From: Deltaproteobacteria bacterium
GTDB taxonomy: Bacteria > Myxococcota > Myxococcia > Myxococcales > 40CM-4-68-19
Assembly: GCA_041499865.1 (NCBI GenBank)
Contig: JBGQLA010000002.1
Coordinates: forward strand, 1 to 43,421
DNA: 43,421 nucleotides
Direction of reading: 5' to 3'
The position numbers were made by a program, and so were the translations under genes. Of this stretch, positions 9,626 to 19,004 are shown in pieces (the first letter of the stretch is position 1; each line of letters opens with the position of its first letter). Under the pieces are notes generated by a model that saw only the letters and a list, made by a program, of their open reading frames with translations, did not search any database and had not been told where the DNA came from.

Positions 9626-12511
9626 ATGCGCCCCTTCCTCCTCCTGCTCCTCGCCGCCTCCCCGGCGCTGGCGCTGGATCCGCGCTTCGCCTGGGAGACG
9701 CTGGAGACGCCGCACTTCCAGGTCCACTACCACCAAGGAACGTACGGGTTCGCGCAGAAGGTGGCGCGGGCCGCGGAGCTCTCGCACGAGCGGTTGACGC
9801 CGCTGCTCGACCACATTCCCTCGGACCGGACGCAGATCGTGGTGCAGGACGACACGGACTTCGCCAACGGGAACGCCAGCCCCGTGCTCTACAACCTGAT
9901 CCACGCGTATGCGGCGCCGCCGGACTCGCGCAGCACGCTCGCGGACTTCGACGAGAACGTCTACGAGCTGATCTCGCACGAGTACACGCACATCCTCCAC
10001 CTGGACACGGTGCTCGGGCTGCCCGCGGTGGTGAACGACGTCTTCGGCAAGCTGTGGATCACCAACGGCGGGCAGCCGATCTGGTTCATCGAAGGGATCG
10101 CCACCTTCGCCGAGAGCGAGGTCAGCGCGGCGGGGCGGCTGCGCGCGTCGGAAGAGGAGATGCTGGTCCGGGCCGAGGCGCTCGCCGGCACAATGCCGCG
10201 GATCGACACGCTCTCCAGCCTGCCGCTTGCGTGGCCGCGCGGCTTCGGCCAGTACACGGTGGGATCGCGGTTCCTCTCCTTCATCGCCAAACGCTACGGG
10301 CTGGGCGCGCTGCGCGACCTCTCGCACGACTTCGCCGGCCGCGCGATCCCGCTCGCCCTCAACCTGAGCGCGGAGCGGGTGCTGGGCGCAAGCTATCTCC
10401 AGCTCTACGGCGAGTACCAGGCGGCGGAGCGGAGCCGGGCGGAGCAAGTGCAGGCGCGCGTGCGCGCCTCCGGAGAGACGGAGATCGAGCCTCTCACCCG
10501 CCTGGGAGAATGGGTCCGCACACCGCGCTGGAGCCCCGACGGCCAGACGCTCTACTACACGAACGCGGGGCCCGATCGCCTGCCCGAGATCCGCGCGGTG
10601 CTGCCGGGGCCCTGCTGCGGCCCGCCGGCGCCGATGGCGAATGCGACGCGCCCCGGCGATCGCCACGTCGCGAACCTCTGGTCGGACGGCTCCGGCGACG
10701 CCACTCTCGCCGTCGCCCCCGACGGACGCGTGCTCTATGCGCGCGCGGAGGTGTACCAGGAGTTCGAGATCCTCCAGGATATCTATTCAGTAGATCCAGC
10801 CACGAACGAGGAGTCCCGCATCACCCGCGGCCTGCGCGCGCGCAGCCCCGACGCCGGCCGCGACGGCGCCATCGCCTTCGTCTGGCGGCGCCCTGGAGGC
10901 AGGACCGCGATCGCCGAGCTACGACCGGAGGGGCCGCGCGTGCTCTTCGAGGATCCGGCGAGCGAGCCGGTGGACAGCCCGCGCCTGTCGCCGGACGGCA
11001 AGCGCGTCGCGTTCCTGCACCACCGCGAGGGCGCCTGGGACCTGCGGATCGTGGATCGGGCCTCGCTGGAGGTGAGCGACGTCACCCGCGATCGCGCGCT
11101 CGACCGCGATCCGGCCTGGACCCCCGACGGCGCATGGCTGCTGTTCAGCAGCGATCGCAGCGGCGTCTACGACGTCTACGCCTGGCGTCCCGGAGAGCTG
11201 CGGCAGGTCACCAACGTCGTGCTGGGCGCCTTCGAGCCCGAGCCCTCGCCGGACGGAACGCAGCTGGCGCTCGTCACCTACGGCGTCCGCGGATACGACG
11301 TCGGGCGCATGGCGCTCGATCCCGGCTCGTGGAAGGTGGTCACCGATCCGACCGTGGCCGAGCAGCGCCCGCCGGTGACGCCGCTCCCTCCTCTCGAGGT
11401 CTACCCGGCGCATCCGTACTCCGCGTGGGAAACGCTCCGGCCGCATTTCTGGCTGCCGTATGCGGCGGCGGACGGGTACGGGACGACCGTCGGCGCCCTC
11501 ACGGCGGGGTTCGACGCGGTGGATCGGCACGAGTACGCCGCCGCGGCGTGGTGGAGCCTTACGGGCAAGACGCCGGGGTGGGACGTCATCTACCTCAACC
11601 ATTCGCTCTATCCGGATCTGACGCTGGAGCTGACCGGCGACGTCGGCACGCCGCAGGCGGCAGGCGGGCTGGATGCGCCGGGCTTCTATTACGAACGATC
11701 GATCGGCGGCTCGGTGACGGCGTCGTTCCCGTTCTCGCGCATCGACCGCGCGCAGGCGGTCTCGCTCACGTACGAGCTCGAGGATCTCGCGGTCGACCGG
11801 AACCCCGGCGGGGTCCCCACTTCGCCGGGCCTGCTGGCGGCGGCGACGGTGACGTATTCCTGGTCGGACGCGCGGCGCTTCGTCCGCAGCATCTCCGCCG
11901 AGCGGGGACAGCGCTTCGCGATCTCGCTCCGGGTCTCCGACCCCGCGCTGGGCAGCCACTTCTCCTTCTGGCAGGCGACGGCCTCCGCCGCGAAATACTT
12001 CGCGCTCCCCTGGAGCACGCGCGGCGTCCCCTGGCACCACGCCCTGGCGCTGCGCGGCTCCTTCGGCGTCGCGCGCGGCGATCTCTCCAACCGCCACGAC
12101 TTCTTCCTCGGCGGATTCCAGCAGGACGATCTGGTGCGCAGCGTGCTCACCCCGGGGAGCGGGCCGCTGCGGATCCTTCGCGGGTTCGCGCGCGACGCGT
12201 TCCACGGCACCGAGTACCTGCTCGGCACCGCGGAGTACCGGTTCCCGATCTGGAACGTGGAGACCGGCGCCTGGACGCTGCCCGTGTACCTCCGCCGCTT
12301 GCACGGCGCCGTGTACACCGATGTGGGCGATGCGTTCTCTCCCGGCCGGGCCGATTTCGGCCTCCACGCAGGGGCCGGAGCGGAGCTGCGGGCGGAAGTG
12401 GTGCTGGGCTGGATCCTGCCCACCGATCTGCGCCTGGGATGCGCGAGAGGGCTGGAGCGCGGCCCTCTCGCCATCCTCGATTGCTACGTGGCGCTCGGCG
12501 GCGTCTTCTAG
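9626..12511 (+). CDS. Secreted multidomain protein: gluzincin-like HExxH domain, TolB-like beta-propeller repeats and a C-terminal beta-barrel-like domain
   Basis: Signal peptide MRPFLLLLLAASPALA. SHEYTHILH followed by WFIEGIATFAE. Repeated xSPDG motifs (RWSPDGQTLYY, LSPDGKRVAF, AWTPDGAWLLFSSDRSG, PSPDGTQLA). Glycine/aromatic-rich C-terminal region ending in F. Confidence 0.8.
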   Translation: MRPFLLLLLAASPALALDPRFAWETLETPHFQVHYHQGTYGFAQKVARAAELSHERLTPLLDHIPSDRTQIVVQDDTDFANGNASPVLYNLIHAYAAPPDSRSTLADFDENVYELISHEYTHILHLDTVLGLPAVVNDVFGKLWITNGGQPIWFIEGIATFAESEVSAAGRLRASEEEMLVRAEALAGTMPRIDTLSSLPLAWPRGFGQYTVGSRFLSFIAKRYGLGALRDLSHDFAGRAIPLALNLSAERVLGASYLQLYGEYQAAERSRAEQVQARVRASGETEIEPLTRLGEWVRTPRWSPDGQTLYYTNAGPDRLPEIRAVLPGPCCGPPAPMANATRPGDRHVANLWSDGSGDATLAVAPDGRVLYARAEVYQEFEILQDIYSVDPATNEESRITRGLRARSPDAGRDGAIAFVWRRPGGRTAIAELRPEGPRVLFEDPASEPVDSPRLSPDGKRVAFLHHREGAWDLRIVDRASLEVSDVTRDRALDRDPAWTPDGAWLLFSSDRSGVYDVYAWRPGELRQVTNVVLGAFEPEPSPDGTQLALVTYGVRGYDVGRMALDPGSWKVVTDPTVAEQRPPVTPLPPLEVYPAHPYSAWETLRPHFWLPYAAADGYGTTVGALTAGFDAVDRHEYAAAAWWSLTGKTPGWDVIYLNHSLYPDLTLELTGDVGTPQAAGGLDAPGFYYERSIGGSVTASFPFSRIDRAQAVSLTYELEDLAVDRNPGGVPTSPGLLAAATVTYSWSDARRFVRSISAERGQRFAISLRVSDPALGSHFSFWQATASAAKYFALPWSTRGVPWHHALALRGSFGVARGDLSNRHDFFLGGFQQDDLVRSVLTPGSGPLRILRGFARDAFHGTEYLLGTAEYRFPIWNVETGAWTLPVYLRRLHGAVYTDVGDAFSPGRADFGLHAGAGAELRAEVVLGWILPTDLRLGCARGLERGPLAILDCYVALGGVF

Positions 12512-12557
12512 AACGCACTCATCGGTTGAGCCCAGGCGATGATCGCATTCAAACGTA

Positions 12558-12588
12558 GCCGCACAGCGGCCTGCGGCCGCAGCGGCTA
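12558..12588. repeat. 31 nt GC-rich hairpin motif, copy 1 (GCCGCACAGCGGCCTGCGGCCGCAGCGGCTA)
   Basis: Matches 25094-25124 at 29 of 31 positions. Contains the GCGGCC-NNN-GGCCGC hairpin. Confidence 0.7.
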
Positions 12589-12843
12589 GCGGTCCGTTCC
12601 GTCGGGGGCGGAGAGGGGCCGCCGGCGGATGTCTCGCCTTCCTCGTCGACCTCCACCTCTTCCCGGCGGACGGAGGCGCTCACCGGCCGCTGCTCCCGGT
12701 GGGCCTCATGAGCTCCTCACAGGTGTGGGAAAGCGTAGACATCGGGCGCCGGATTGGGCGGCATGTGCGCGCAGCGTGCTGTGCGGCGAGCGCCGGCAGG
12801 CCGCTGGCGCGAGGCGGCACGCGGCGTGTACTCTCGGCTGCCG

Positions 12844-15711
12844 ATGCGAGGAAGGCTCGAGCGCGCGCTGGAAGCCGGGCTGCGCATCCGTCCCGGAGAG
12901 CAGCGTCGCGTCGCCCTGATGGCGTTGTATGCCGCGAACGCCATCGGCGCCGTGGTGGTGGGCCGCTCGGTGCGCGACGCCCTCTACCTCTCGAACCGCC
13001 CGGCCCGTGGCCTGGCGGGCATGTACATCTGGAGCTCGCTCGCCATCGTGCTCATCTCCTGGTTGTACGCTCGCGTCGCCGACCGGGTGCCGCGCGGCTT
13101 GCTCAACGCGCTCAGCGCGCTCGGCTGCGCCGCGCTCGGGGCGGCGCTCTGGGCGACGCTCACGCTGACGGACGCGGTGTGGGTCTACGCCGCGCTGTAC
13201 ATCTTCGTCGAGGCGATGGGCTCGCTGGTGGTGATCCAGTTCTGGACGCTGGCCAGCGACGTCTTCCATGCCCGGGAGGCGAAGCGCCTGTTCGGCCTGA
13301 TCGGCGGCGGCGGCACGCTGGCCAACGTGATCTTCGGCCTGCTCGTCGGCCAGTACGCGCCGGTGGTCGGCGCGCAGAACCTCCTCTTGCTGATGGTCGC
13401 CCAGCTCGCTCTCTGCGCCCTGCTCGCCCGGGCCGGATCGCGCCTCGCCTCCGCACCTTCGGAGCGGCTTCGCTCCCGGCCGGTGCGCAAGGCGCGCGTG
13501 CTCTCGCGCGCCGGGCTTTCCTTTCTCTCCAACAAGCACCTGACCATCGTGGCGCTGATCGGCGCGGTCAGCGCCGCCGCGGTGACCATCGTCGATTTCC
13601 AGTTCAAGCTCTCCGCCGCCTCCGTCCTCGACCAGAACGCGCTCGCCGGATACTTCGGCCGCTTCTACGGCATCTGCGGCGGCGTGGCGCTGGCGGTGCA
13701 GATCTGGGTCACCGGGCGGGTGCTGGAGCGCCACGGGATCCTCGCCTCGCTGCTGCCGCTCCCGGTGGGCCTGGCCCTGGGCTCCGGCGCTTCGGCGGCC
13801 ATCGCCACCCCGGGTCTGTTCGTCAGCTCGCTGGCCAAGGGCTCGGACACGATCTTCCGCTACACCATCAACGACGCGTCCATGCAGCTCCTCTACGTGC
13901 CCGTCCCGGCGCAAGTGCGGGGGCGGGCAAAGGCGTTCATCGACGGCGTCCTCAAGCCCAGCTCGGTGGCGCTGGCGGGCGTGGTGCTGTTCTTCTACAA
14001 GCATGCGGGCGGGAGCGGCCGGCCCCTCACCGCGGCGGTGCTGCTGCTGGTGGGCGCCTGGGTGTTCTTGCTGGTGCGCGCGCGCGGCGAGTACGTGCGC
14101 AGCCTGGTGGAGTCGCTGGAGCGGCGGCACCTCGATCTCTCCGGCGCGCAGTTCGCCGGCGTCAACGACGCCACCCTCCGCGCCCTGCGCACCGCGCTCG
14201 GCGGCGACCCGGCGACCGTGCTGCACGCGCTCACGCTGGTGCAGCAGCTGGCGCAGGCGGCGGACTTCACGCCCGAGCTGCGCGGGCTGCTCCGGCACCG
14301 CGACGCCCGCGTGCGGGCGGCCGCCATCGAGCAGCTGGGAGCGCTGCGGCGGAGCGAGACGGCGGACGAGATCCGCATGCTGCTGCGAGATCCGGTCCCC
14401 GAAGTGCGGGCGGCGGCGCTGGGCGGCCTCTGCGCCGTCGAGCAGGAAGCGGCGGTGCCCACCGTGCTTCCCTTCCTCGAAGCGCGCACCGCGCCGGAGT
14501 CGGTGGTTCGCGCCGCCGCGGCGGTCGCCCTAATCCGCCACGCCGGAATCGACGGGGTGCTGGCCGCGGCGGAGCCGCTCAAGCAGCTCCTCGCCGCGGA
14601 GGATCCGCGCGACCGGGCCGCCGCAGCGGATGCGTTGGGCAACATCGGGGTGAGCGGGTTCTTCCGCCCGCTGCTCGCCTTCCTCCGGGACGAGGACCTC
14701 GGGGTGCGGAGGCGGGCGATCGCCGCCGCGGGAAAGCTGCGCGCGCCCGAGCTGATTCCCGCCCTGGTCGAGCAGTTCCAGCGCCGCGAGACGGCGCTGG
14801 AAGCGGCCAGCGCGCTCGCTGCCTTCGGTCCCGGCATCGAGCTGCCGCTCCAGGGAATCCTCCTGGACGAGGCCTCGCACGTCGACTGCCGGCGCGGCGT
14901 GGCGCTGGTGCTGCAGCGCCTCGGCACCCGCGAAGCCGCCGAGGCGCTGGTCGGCGCGCTCACCTCCCGCGATGCGTCGGTGCGCAAGTCCGCGGCGCGG
15001 GCGCTCTCGCGCCTGGCGCGGCGGCAGCGGGGTCTGCGCGTCGAGGCGGCACGGGTGGAGCGCGCGGTCCACGCGGAGCTGGCGGCGGCGCGCACCGCGC
15101 TGGGCATCTTCAAGAAGCTGGCGCTCGGCGTCCAGGGGGTCGCGCCGCGCACCCCGGCCGAGCTGCTGGCCATGGCCCTGCTCGAAGAGCGCGATGCCCG
15201 GGTGCTGCAGGCGCTGGTGCTGCTGGAGGTCCTCCTTCCCCAGGTCCGCCTCGACGTGGTGGCGGAGAACCTGCGCTCGGAGTCGCCGCCGGCGCGCGCC
15301 AACGCCATCGAGGTGCTGGACAACGCCCTTCCCGATCCCTGGAGGCGGCTGGTGATGGCCGCGCTCGACGAGACCAAGCGGCGCGGCGATCAGGTCCTGC
15401 CCGATCCGCGGCCCGCCGCCGAGCTGGCCGGCGCGCTGATCGGCGGCGAGTGCGCGCTGTGGCCGGGCGCGTGCGCGGCGCGCTGGGTGCTGGACGGCCC
15501 GGTGCCGCTCGCGCCGCTGCTGCCGCGCCTGCAGGCAGCCCTGCACGCGCCGTCGGCCCCGCTGCGCGAGGCGGCGGCCCATGCGGTCGCGCGCGCGGCG
15601 CCGGCGGAAGCGCCGCGCCTGCTCGCGCAGCTCACCGGCGATCCGGCAGCCTCGGTCAGCCGGGCCGCACGCGTGCTGCTGGGCCGCGCCGCTCCCCGGG
15701 CCTCGGCATGA
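12844..15711 (+). CDS. Fusion protein: N-terminal multi-pass transporter (TLC/ATP-ADP-translocase-like MFS) and C-terminal HEAT-repeat domain
   Basis: About 430 aa of TM helices (LMALYAANAIGAVVVGRSVRDALYL..., FWTLASDVF). These are followed by repeated HEAT-like units (RVRAAAIEQLG, EVRAAALGGL, VVRAAAAVAL, RDRAAAADALG, GVRRRAIAAAG, SVRKSAARAL). ATG at 12844 preferred over 12754. Confidence 0.75.
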   Translation: MRGRLERALEAGLRIRPGEQRRVALMALYAANAIGAVVVGRSVRDALYLSNRPARGLAGMYIWSSLAIVLISWLYARVADRVPRGLLNALSALGCAALGAALWATLTLTDAVWVYAALYIFVEAMGSLVVIQFWTLASDVFHAREAKRLFGLIGGGGTLANVIFGLLVGQYAPVVGAQNLLLLMVAQLALCALLARAGSRLASAPSERLRSRPVRKARVLSRAGLSFLSNKHLTIVALIGAVSAAAVTIVDFQFKLSAASVLDQNALAGYFGRFYGICGGVALAVQIWVTGRVLERHGILASLLPLPVGLALGSGASAAIATPGLFVSSLAKGSDTIFRYTINDASMQLLYVPVPAQVRGRAKAFIDGVLKPSSVALAGVVLFFYKHAGGSGRPLTAAVLLLVGAWVFLLVRARGEYVRSLVESLERRHLDLSGAQFAGVNDATLRALRTALGGDPATVLHALTLVQQLAQAADFTPELRGLLRHRDARVRAAAIEQLGALRRSETADEIRMLLRDPVPEVRAAALGGLCAVEQEAAVPTVLPFLEARTAPESVVRAAAAVALIRHAGIDGVLAAAEPLKQLLAAEDPRDRAAAADALGNIGVSGFFRPLLAFLRDEDLGVRRRAIAAAGKLRAPELIPALVEQFQRRETALEAASALAAFGPGIELPLQGILLDEASHVDCRRGVALVLQRLGTREAAEALVGALTSRDASVRKSAARALSRLARRQRGLRVEAARVERAVHAELAAARTALGIFKKLALGVQGVAPRTPAELLAMALLEERDARVLQALVLLEVLLPQVRLDVVAENLRSESPPARANAIEVLDNALPDPWRRLVMAALDETKRRGDQVLPDPRPAAELAGALIGGECALWPGACAARWVLDGPVPLAPLLPRLQAALHAPSAPLREAAAHAVARAAPAEAPRLLAQLTGDPAASVSRAARVLLGRAAPRASA

Positions 15712-16127
15712 TCTCCACGGTAGAGAAAGTGCTCTTCCTCAAGTCCATCGATCTCTTCCGCGCGCTGCCTTCCGAAGAACTGGCGCAGATCGCGGAGATC
15801 GCGGAGGAGCAGCCGCTCGCGGCCGGCGACCAGGTGTTCGCCCAGGGGGATCCCGGCGACTCGCTGTACCTGATCGTCGAGGGCAAGGTGAAGGTCCACC
15901 AGGGCAGCAAGGAGCTGGTGCGCCTGGGCGAGCGCGACGTCTTCGGCGAGATGGCCGTGCTCGACTCCGAGCCCCGCTCCGCCAGCGTCACCGCCGTGGA
16001 AAACGCCGTCCTCCTCAAGATCGGCCGCGACGACTTCCGCGACATCCTCGGCGAGCGCCCCGAGATCGCCATGGGCGTGATGAAGGTCCTCACCCACCGC
16101 TTGCGCGAGACGAGCCGCAAGTCCTAA
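15708..16127 (+). CDS. Stand-alone cyclic-nucleotide-binding domain protein
   Basis: LFLKSIDLFRALP..., GDSLYLIVEG and FGEMAVLD..PRSASV (cNMP phosphate-binding cassette). ATGA overlap with the upstream gene. Confidence 0.85.
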   Translation: MISTVEKVLFLKSIDLFRALPSEELAQIAEIAEEQPLAAGDQVFAQGDPGDSLYLIVEGKVKVHQGSKELVRLGERDVFGEMAVLDSEPRSASVTAVENAVLLKIGRDDFRDILGERPEIAMGVMKVLTHRLRETSRKS

Positions 16128-16129
16128 CA

Positions 16130-16154
16130 CCGCCCCGATCGGAGCTCGGGGCGG
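16130..16154 (+). terminator. GC-rich hairpin just after the cNMP-binding gene stop, between convergent genes
   Basis: CCGCCCCGA-TCGGAGC-TCGGGGCGG, a 9 bp stem. No U-tract follows, so function is uncertain. Confidence 0.35.
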
Positions 16155-16267
16155 AAGATACAGAGTCGAGACGCTGGTCCCGGGTTCGCAACCCCTTGGG
16201 CTTCCGACGTAGCGAGCCCGGGCACTGACCGAGTTTCGTATTGTGTCCCCGAAACCCGGGCCGGGAT

Positions 16268-16825
16268 TCAGCGGAGGGCGGACTCGATCTCGGTGCGGAA
16301 GAGGGCGGCCGGCTCGGTGCGGTAGCCCTGCTTGAGCGAAACCACTTTGTCGTAGCGATCGATGATGACAGCGGCGGGGAACTGCGGATTCGGGCCCAGG
16401 TAGCGGCGCGCGATCGCGCCGTCCGAATCCTCGACCACCGGATAGCTGACCCGGTGCGCGTGCAGCAGACGCGCTGGATCGGTGGCGAGGGACACGACCA
16501 TCAGGCCGCGCTGTTTATACTGAGTGTACAAAGCCTCGAGCGCGACCAGTTCCTTGCGGGAAGACTTGGAAGAGCTGGAGAAAAGGCTGACGAGCACAGC
16601 CTTCACCGGTGAGCGCCCGGCGGCGCGCCGGCCCACCAGCTGCGCGAGATCGAAGCGGTTCAAGCCCGCCGTGTCCGGGTTCTGCACCGGGCCGGAGAAG
16701 AACGGCGCGGCATCCCCGGGCGACAGTGCCGCGGGCCCTCCTTCGGCGGGCTTCTTCTCGGGAGGGCCGAGAAAACGCGGCGGCCCAGCGAGGAAGAATG
16801 CCGCGGCGGCGAAGGCGAAGGTCAT
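16268..16825 (-). CDS. Secreted thioredoxin-fold (TlpA/redoxin-like) protein lacking the CxxC active site
   Basis: Signal-like N-terminus MTFAFAAAAFFLAG. VLVSLFSSSSKSSRKELVALEALYTQYKQRGLMVVSLATD aligns with the VLVNFWASWCxPCRxE..L region of TlpA/ResA-type proteins. ATGA overlap with the hisS stop. Confidence 0.7.
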   Translation of the reverse strand: MTFAFAAAAFFLAGPPRFLGPPEKKPAEGGPAALSPGDAAPFFSGPVQNPDTAGLNRFDLAQLVGRRAAGRSPVKAVLVSLFSSSSKSSRKELVALEALYTQYKQRGLMVVSLATDPARLLHAHRVSYPVVEDSDGAIARRYLGPNPQFPAAVIIDRYDKVVSLKQGYRTEPAALFRTEIESALR

Positions 16826-18123
16826 CCCTGGCCTCCAGCGAGCTTCTTCACCTCCTCCACGAACGAGGAGAGCGCCACCTCGTGCTGCGCGCCGGTCTTC
16901 AGCTCCTTCAGCCGCGCGCGCCCGCCCTTCAGCTCCGCGTCGCCGAGCACCAGCGCGAACCGGGCGCCGAGCGCGTCGGCGCGCTTGAGCTGGTTGCCGG
17001 GATTCGCCTTGCGGAAGCTGACCTCCGCCGAAAGCCCCGCGGCCCGGAGCTGCTGCGCCAGCTCGTCCGCTCGCGCCGCCTCGGCGTCGCCGAGCGGAGC
17101 GATGAACACCACGGGATGCGTCGCGCGCTCTTTTCCCTGCTGCGCGAGCAGCAGCGCCATCCGCTCCACGCCGGCGGCGAAGCCGATGCCCGGGACGTCG
17201 GGTCCTCCCAGCTCCTTCACCAGCCCGTCGTAGCGGCCGCCGCCCGCGACGGTGCTCTGCGCCCCGAGCCCCGAGGTAGCGATCGCCTCGTACGTGGTGC
17301 GCGTGTAGTAGTCGAGCCCGCGCACCAGCTTGGGGTCGATCACGAACGGCACCCCGAAGCGCCGGAGCATCTCCTGCACGCCGGAGAAGTGCGTCCGGCA
17401 CGGTTCGCAGAGAAACTCCTCCATCTGCGGGGCGGCCGCGGCGACCTCCTGGCACTTCGGGTTCTTGCAGTCGAGCACCCGGATCGGATTCGTCTCCACC
17501 CGCTTCTTGCAGTCGTCGCAGAGGTCGGCGGCGCGCGAGCGCAGGTACGCCTGCAGCGCCTCGCGGTAGCGCGGCCGGCATGCGGCGTCGCCGAGCGTGT
17601 TCAGGTGCATCGCGAACGGGATCCCCAGCCCCCGCAACCAGCGGTCGAGGAGCTCGACCTGCTCCGCGTCGATGCGCGGCCCGGGGCTGCCCAACGCTTC
17701 GATCCCGATCTGCGTGAACTGCCGGTACCGGCCACGCTGCTGCCGCTCGCGGCGGAACATCGGGCCCAGGTACCACCACTTGGTCTCCGGCTCCTGCTGG
17801 TTGACGTTGTGCTCGACGTACGCGCGCACCAGCGAGGCGGTGTTCTCGGGGCGCATCGTCACCGACTCGCCGTGGTCGTCGAAGGTGTACATCTCCTTGC
17901 CGACGATGTCGGTGACCTCGCCGATGCCGCGCACGAACAGCTCGGTGCGCTCGAGGATGGGCGTGCGGGCCTCCCGGTACCCGTAGAGCGGGAACAGCTC
18001 GCGGGCGGCCTGCTCCACCAGGTGGTAGTGGCCGATGCGCACCCACGGGTCGTCGTCCTTCACGTAGGTGTCGATGGGCAGGACGTCGCGCGTGCCCTTC
18101 ACGCCGCGGATCTTCTGGCTCAT
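16822..18123 (-). CDS. hisS: Histidine--tRNA ligase
   Basis: MSQKIRGVKGTRD, class II motif 2 (FRRERQQRGRYRQF) and motif 3 (GGGRYD), and a C-terminal anticodon-binding domain. The ORF-track upstream extension (to 19725) overlaps psd and is an artefact. Confidence 0.92.
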   Translation of the reverse strand: MSQKIRGVKGTRDVLPIDTYVKDDDPWVRIGHYHLVEQAARELFPLYGYREARTPILERTELFVRGIGEVTDIVGKEMYTFDDHGESVTMRPENTASLVRAYVEHNVNQQEPETKWWYLGPMFRRERQQRGRYRQFTQIGIEALGSPGPRIDAEQVELLDRWLRGLGIPFAMHLNTLGDAACRPRYREALQAYLRSRAADLCDDCKKRVETNPIRVLDCKNPKCQEVAAAAPQMEEFLCEPCRTHFSGVQEMLRRFGVPFVIDPKLVRGLDYYTRTTYEAIATSGLGAQSTVAGGGRYDGLVKELGGPDVPGIGFAAGVERMALLLAQQGKERATHPVVFIAPLGDAEAARADELAQQLRAAGLSAEVSFRKANPGNQLKRADALGARFALVLGDAELKGGRARLKELKTGAQHEVALSSFVEEVKKLAGGQG

Positions 18124-18968
18124 GTCGATTCCAGCGCCTCGCCGAGCTTGATGGGCATCCCGGGCGCGAGCCGCTCCGCGAGCTTCACCCCGGGCGCGAA
18201 CAGCACCACCACCGTAGAGCCCATCTCGAACACCGCCAGCTCGCCGCCCTTCTCCACCCGCATCGGCTCTTCGTAGATCTTGCGTTCCGTCTGGCGGGTG
18301 CGGCGCACGTTCGTCACCACGTCGTCGTAGAGCGCCCGGATGCGGCCCACGTTCGTCGCCCCTACCGCCACCACGCCGCAGGCGCCGCGGGGCGTTTTCA
18401 GGAACGTGGTCAGCCGCTCGTTGACGCAGAACAGCTTGTCGACGTTGCGCACCCCGACCGGGTTCACCGGCCAGAGCTGGCCGGGCATGTTGACGTAGCC
18501 GGCGATCCGGCCCCCGAGCGGGGCGTGGATGCGGTGGTAGTTGTGGGGCGCGAGGTAGATGGTGCAGAAGGCGCCGCCGGCGAACTGCCGCGCGTCCTGC
18601 TCCGCCTCCGGCCCGCCGATCAGCTCCGCCAAGGTGTAGTGCTTGCCCTTCGCCTGGTACAGGCGGGACTCGACGATGTCGCCCAGCTCGCCCACCGTGC
18701 CGTCGACGGGGCTCACCGGGAGCAGCTCGCCCGGCGCGATGGGACGCAGGCCCGGCTTGAGCCTGCGGGTGAAGAACTCGGTGAAGGTGGGATACTCGTC
18801 GAGCGGCCGCTCCGCCTCCGCGACGTCCACCCCGTACTTCCGGGCGAAGGCGCGGATCACGGCCCGCACCACCGGCCTCGGCGCGCTGGCGCGGCACGCG
18901 GCGCCCACGGCGCGGGAGAGCGTGTTCTTGGGCAACAGGCGCAGGAGCGTGTACGACAGCTCGGGCAT
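18120..18968 (-). CDS. psd: Phosphatidylserine decarboxylase proenzyme
   Basis: FEMGSTVVVLF self-cleavage (GST) motif and YHRIHAP. ATGA overlap with the hisS start. Confidence 0.9.
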   Translation of the reverse strand: MPELSYTLLRLLPKNTLSRAVGAACRASAPRPVVRAVIRAFARKYGVDVAEAERPLDEYPTFTEFFTRRLKPGLRPIAPGELLPVSPVDGTVGELGDIVESRLYQAKGKHYTLAELIGGPEAEQDARQFAGGAFCTIYLAPHNYHRIHAPLGGRIAGYVNMPGQLWPVNPVGVRNVDKLFCVNERLTTFLKTPRGACGVVAVGATNVGRIRALYDDVVTNVRRTRQTERKIYEEPMRVEKGGELAVFEMGSTVVVLFAPGVKLAERLAPGMPIKLGEALEST

Positions 18969-19004
18969 CGGGCTGCGTGGTGTAGCAGGCCGTCCCGCCG
19001 AACG

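Noticed and set aside
6040-12558. Very long alternate-frame ORFs (6040-8661 +, 7667-10666 -, 8815-12558 +, and similar ones at 12699-15700 +, 18124-19725 -, 19741-22521 +, 25479-28511 +, 27748-31215 +, 34111-36864 +, 36831-39497 +)
   Set aside because: All overlap well-supported genes in another frame or strand. Their products are Arg/Gly/Pro/Ala-rich low-complexity strings with no motifs. Stop-free off-frames are expected at this GC content.
16160-16240. tRNA-like T-loop sequence GGGTTCGCAACC (16182-16193)
   Set aside because: The flanking bases do not form a T-stem, and no acceptor, D or anticodon arms could be built.
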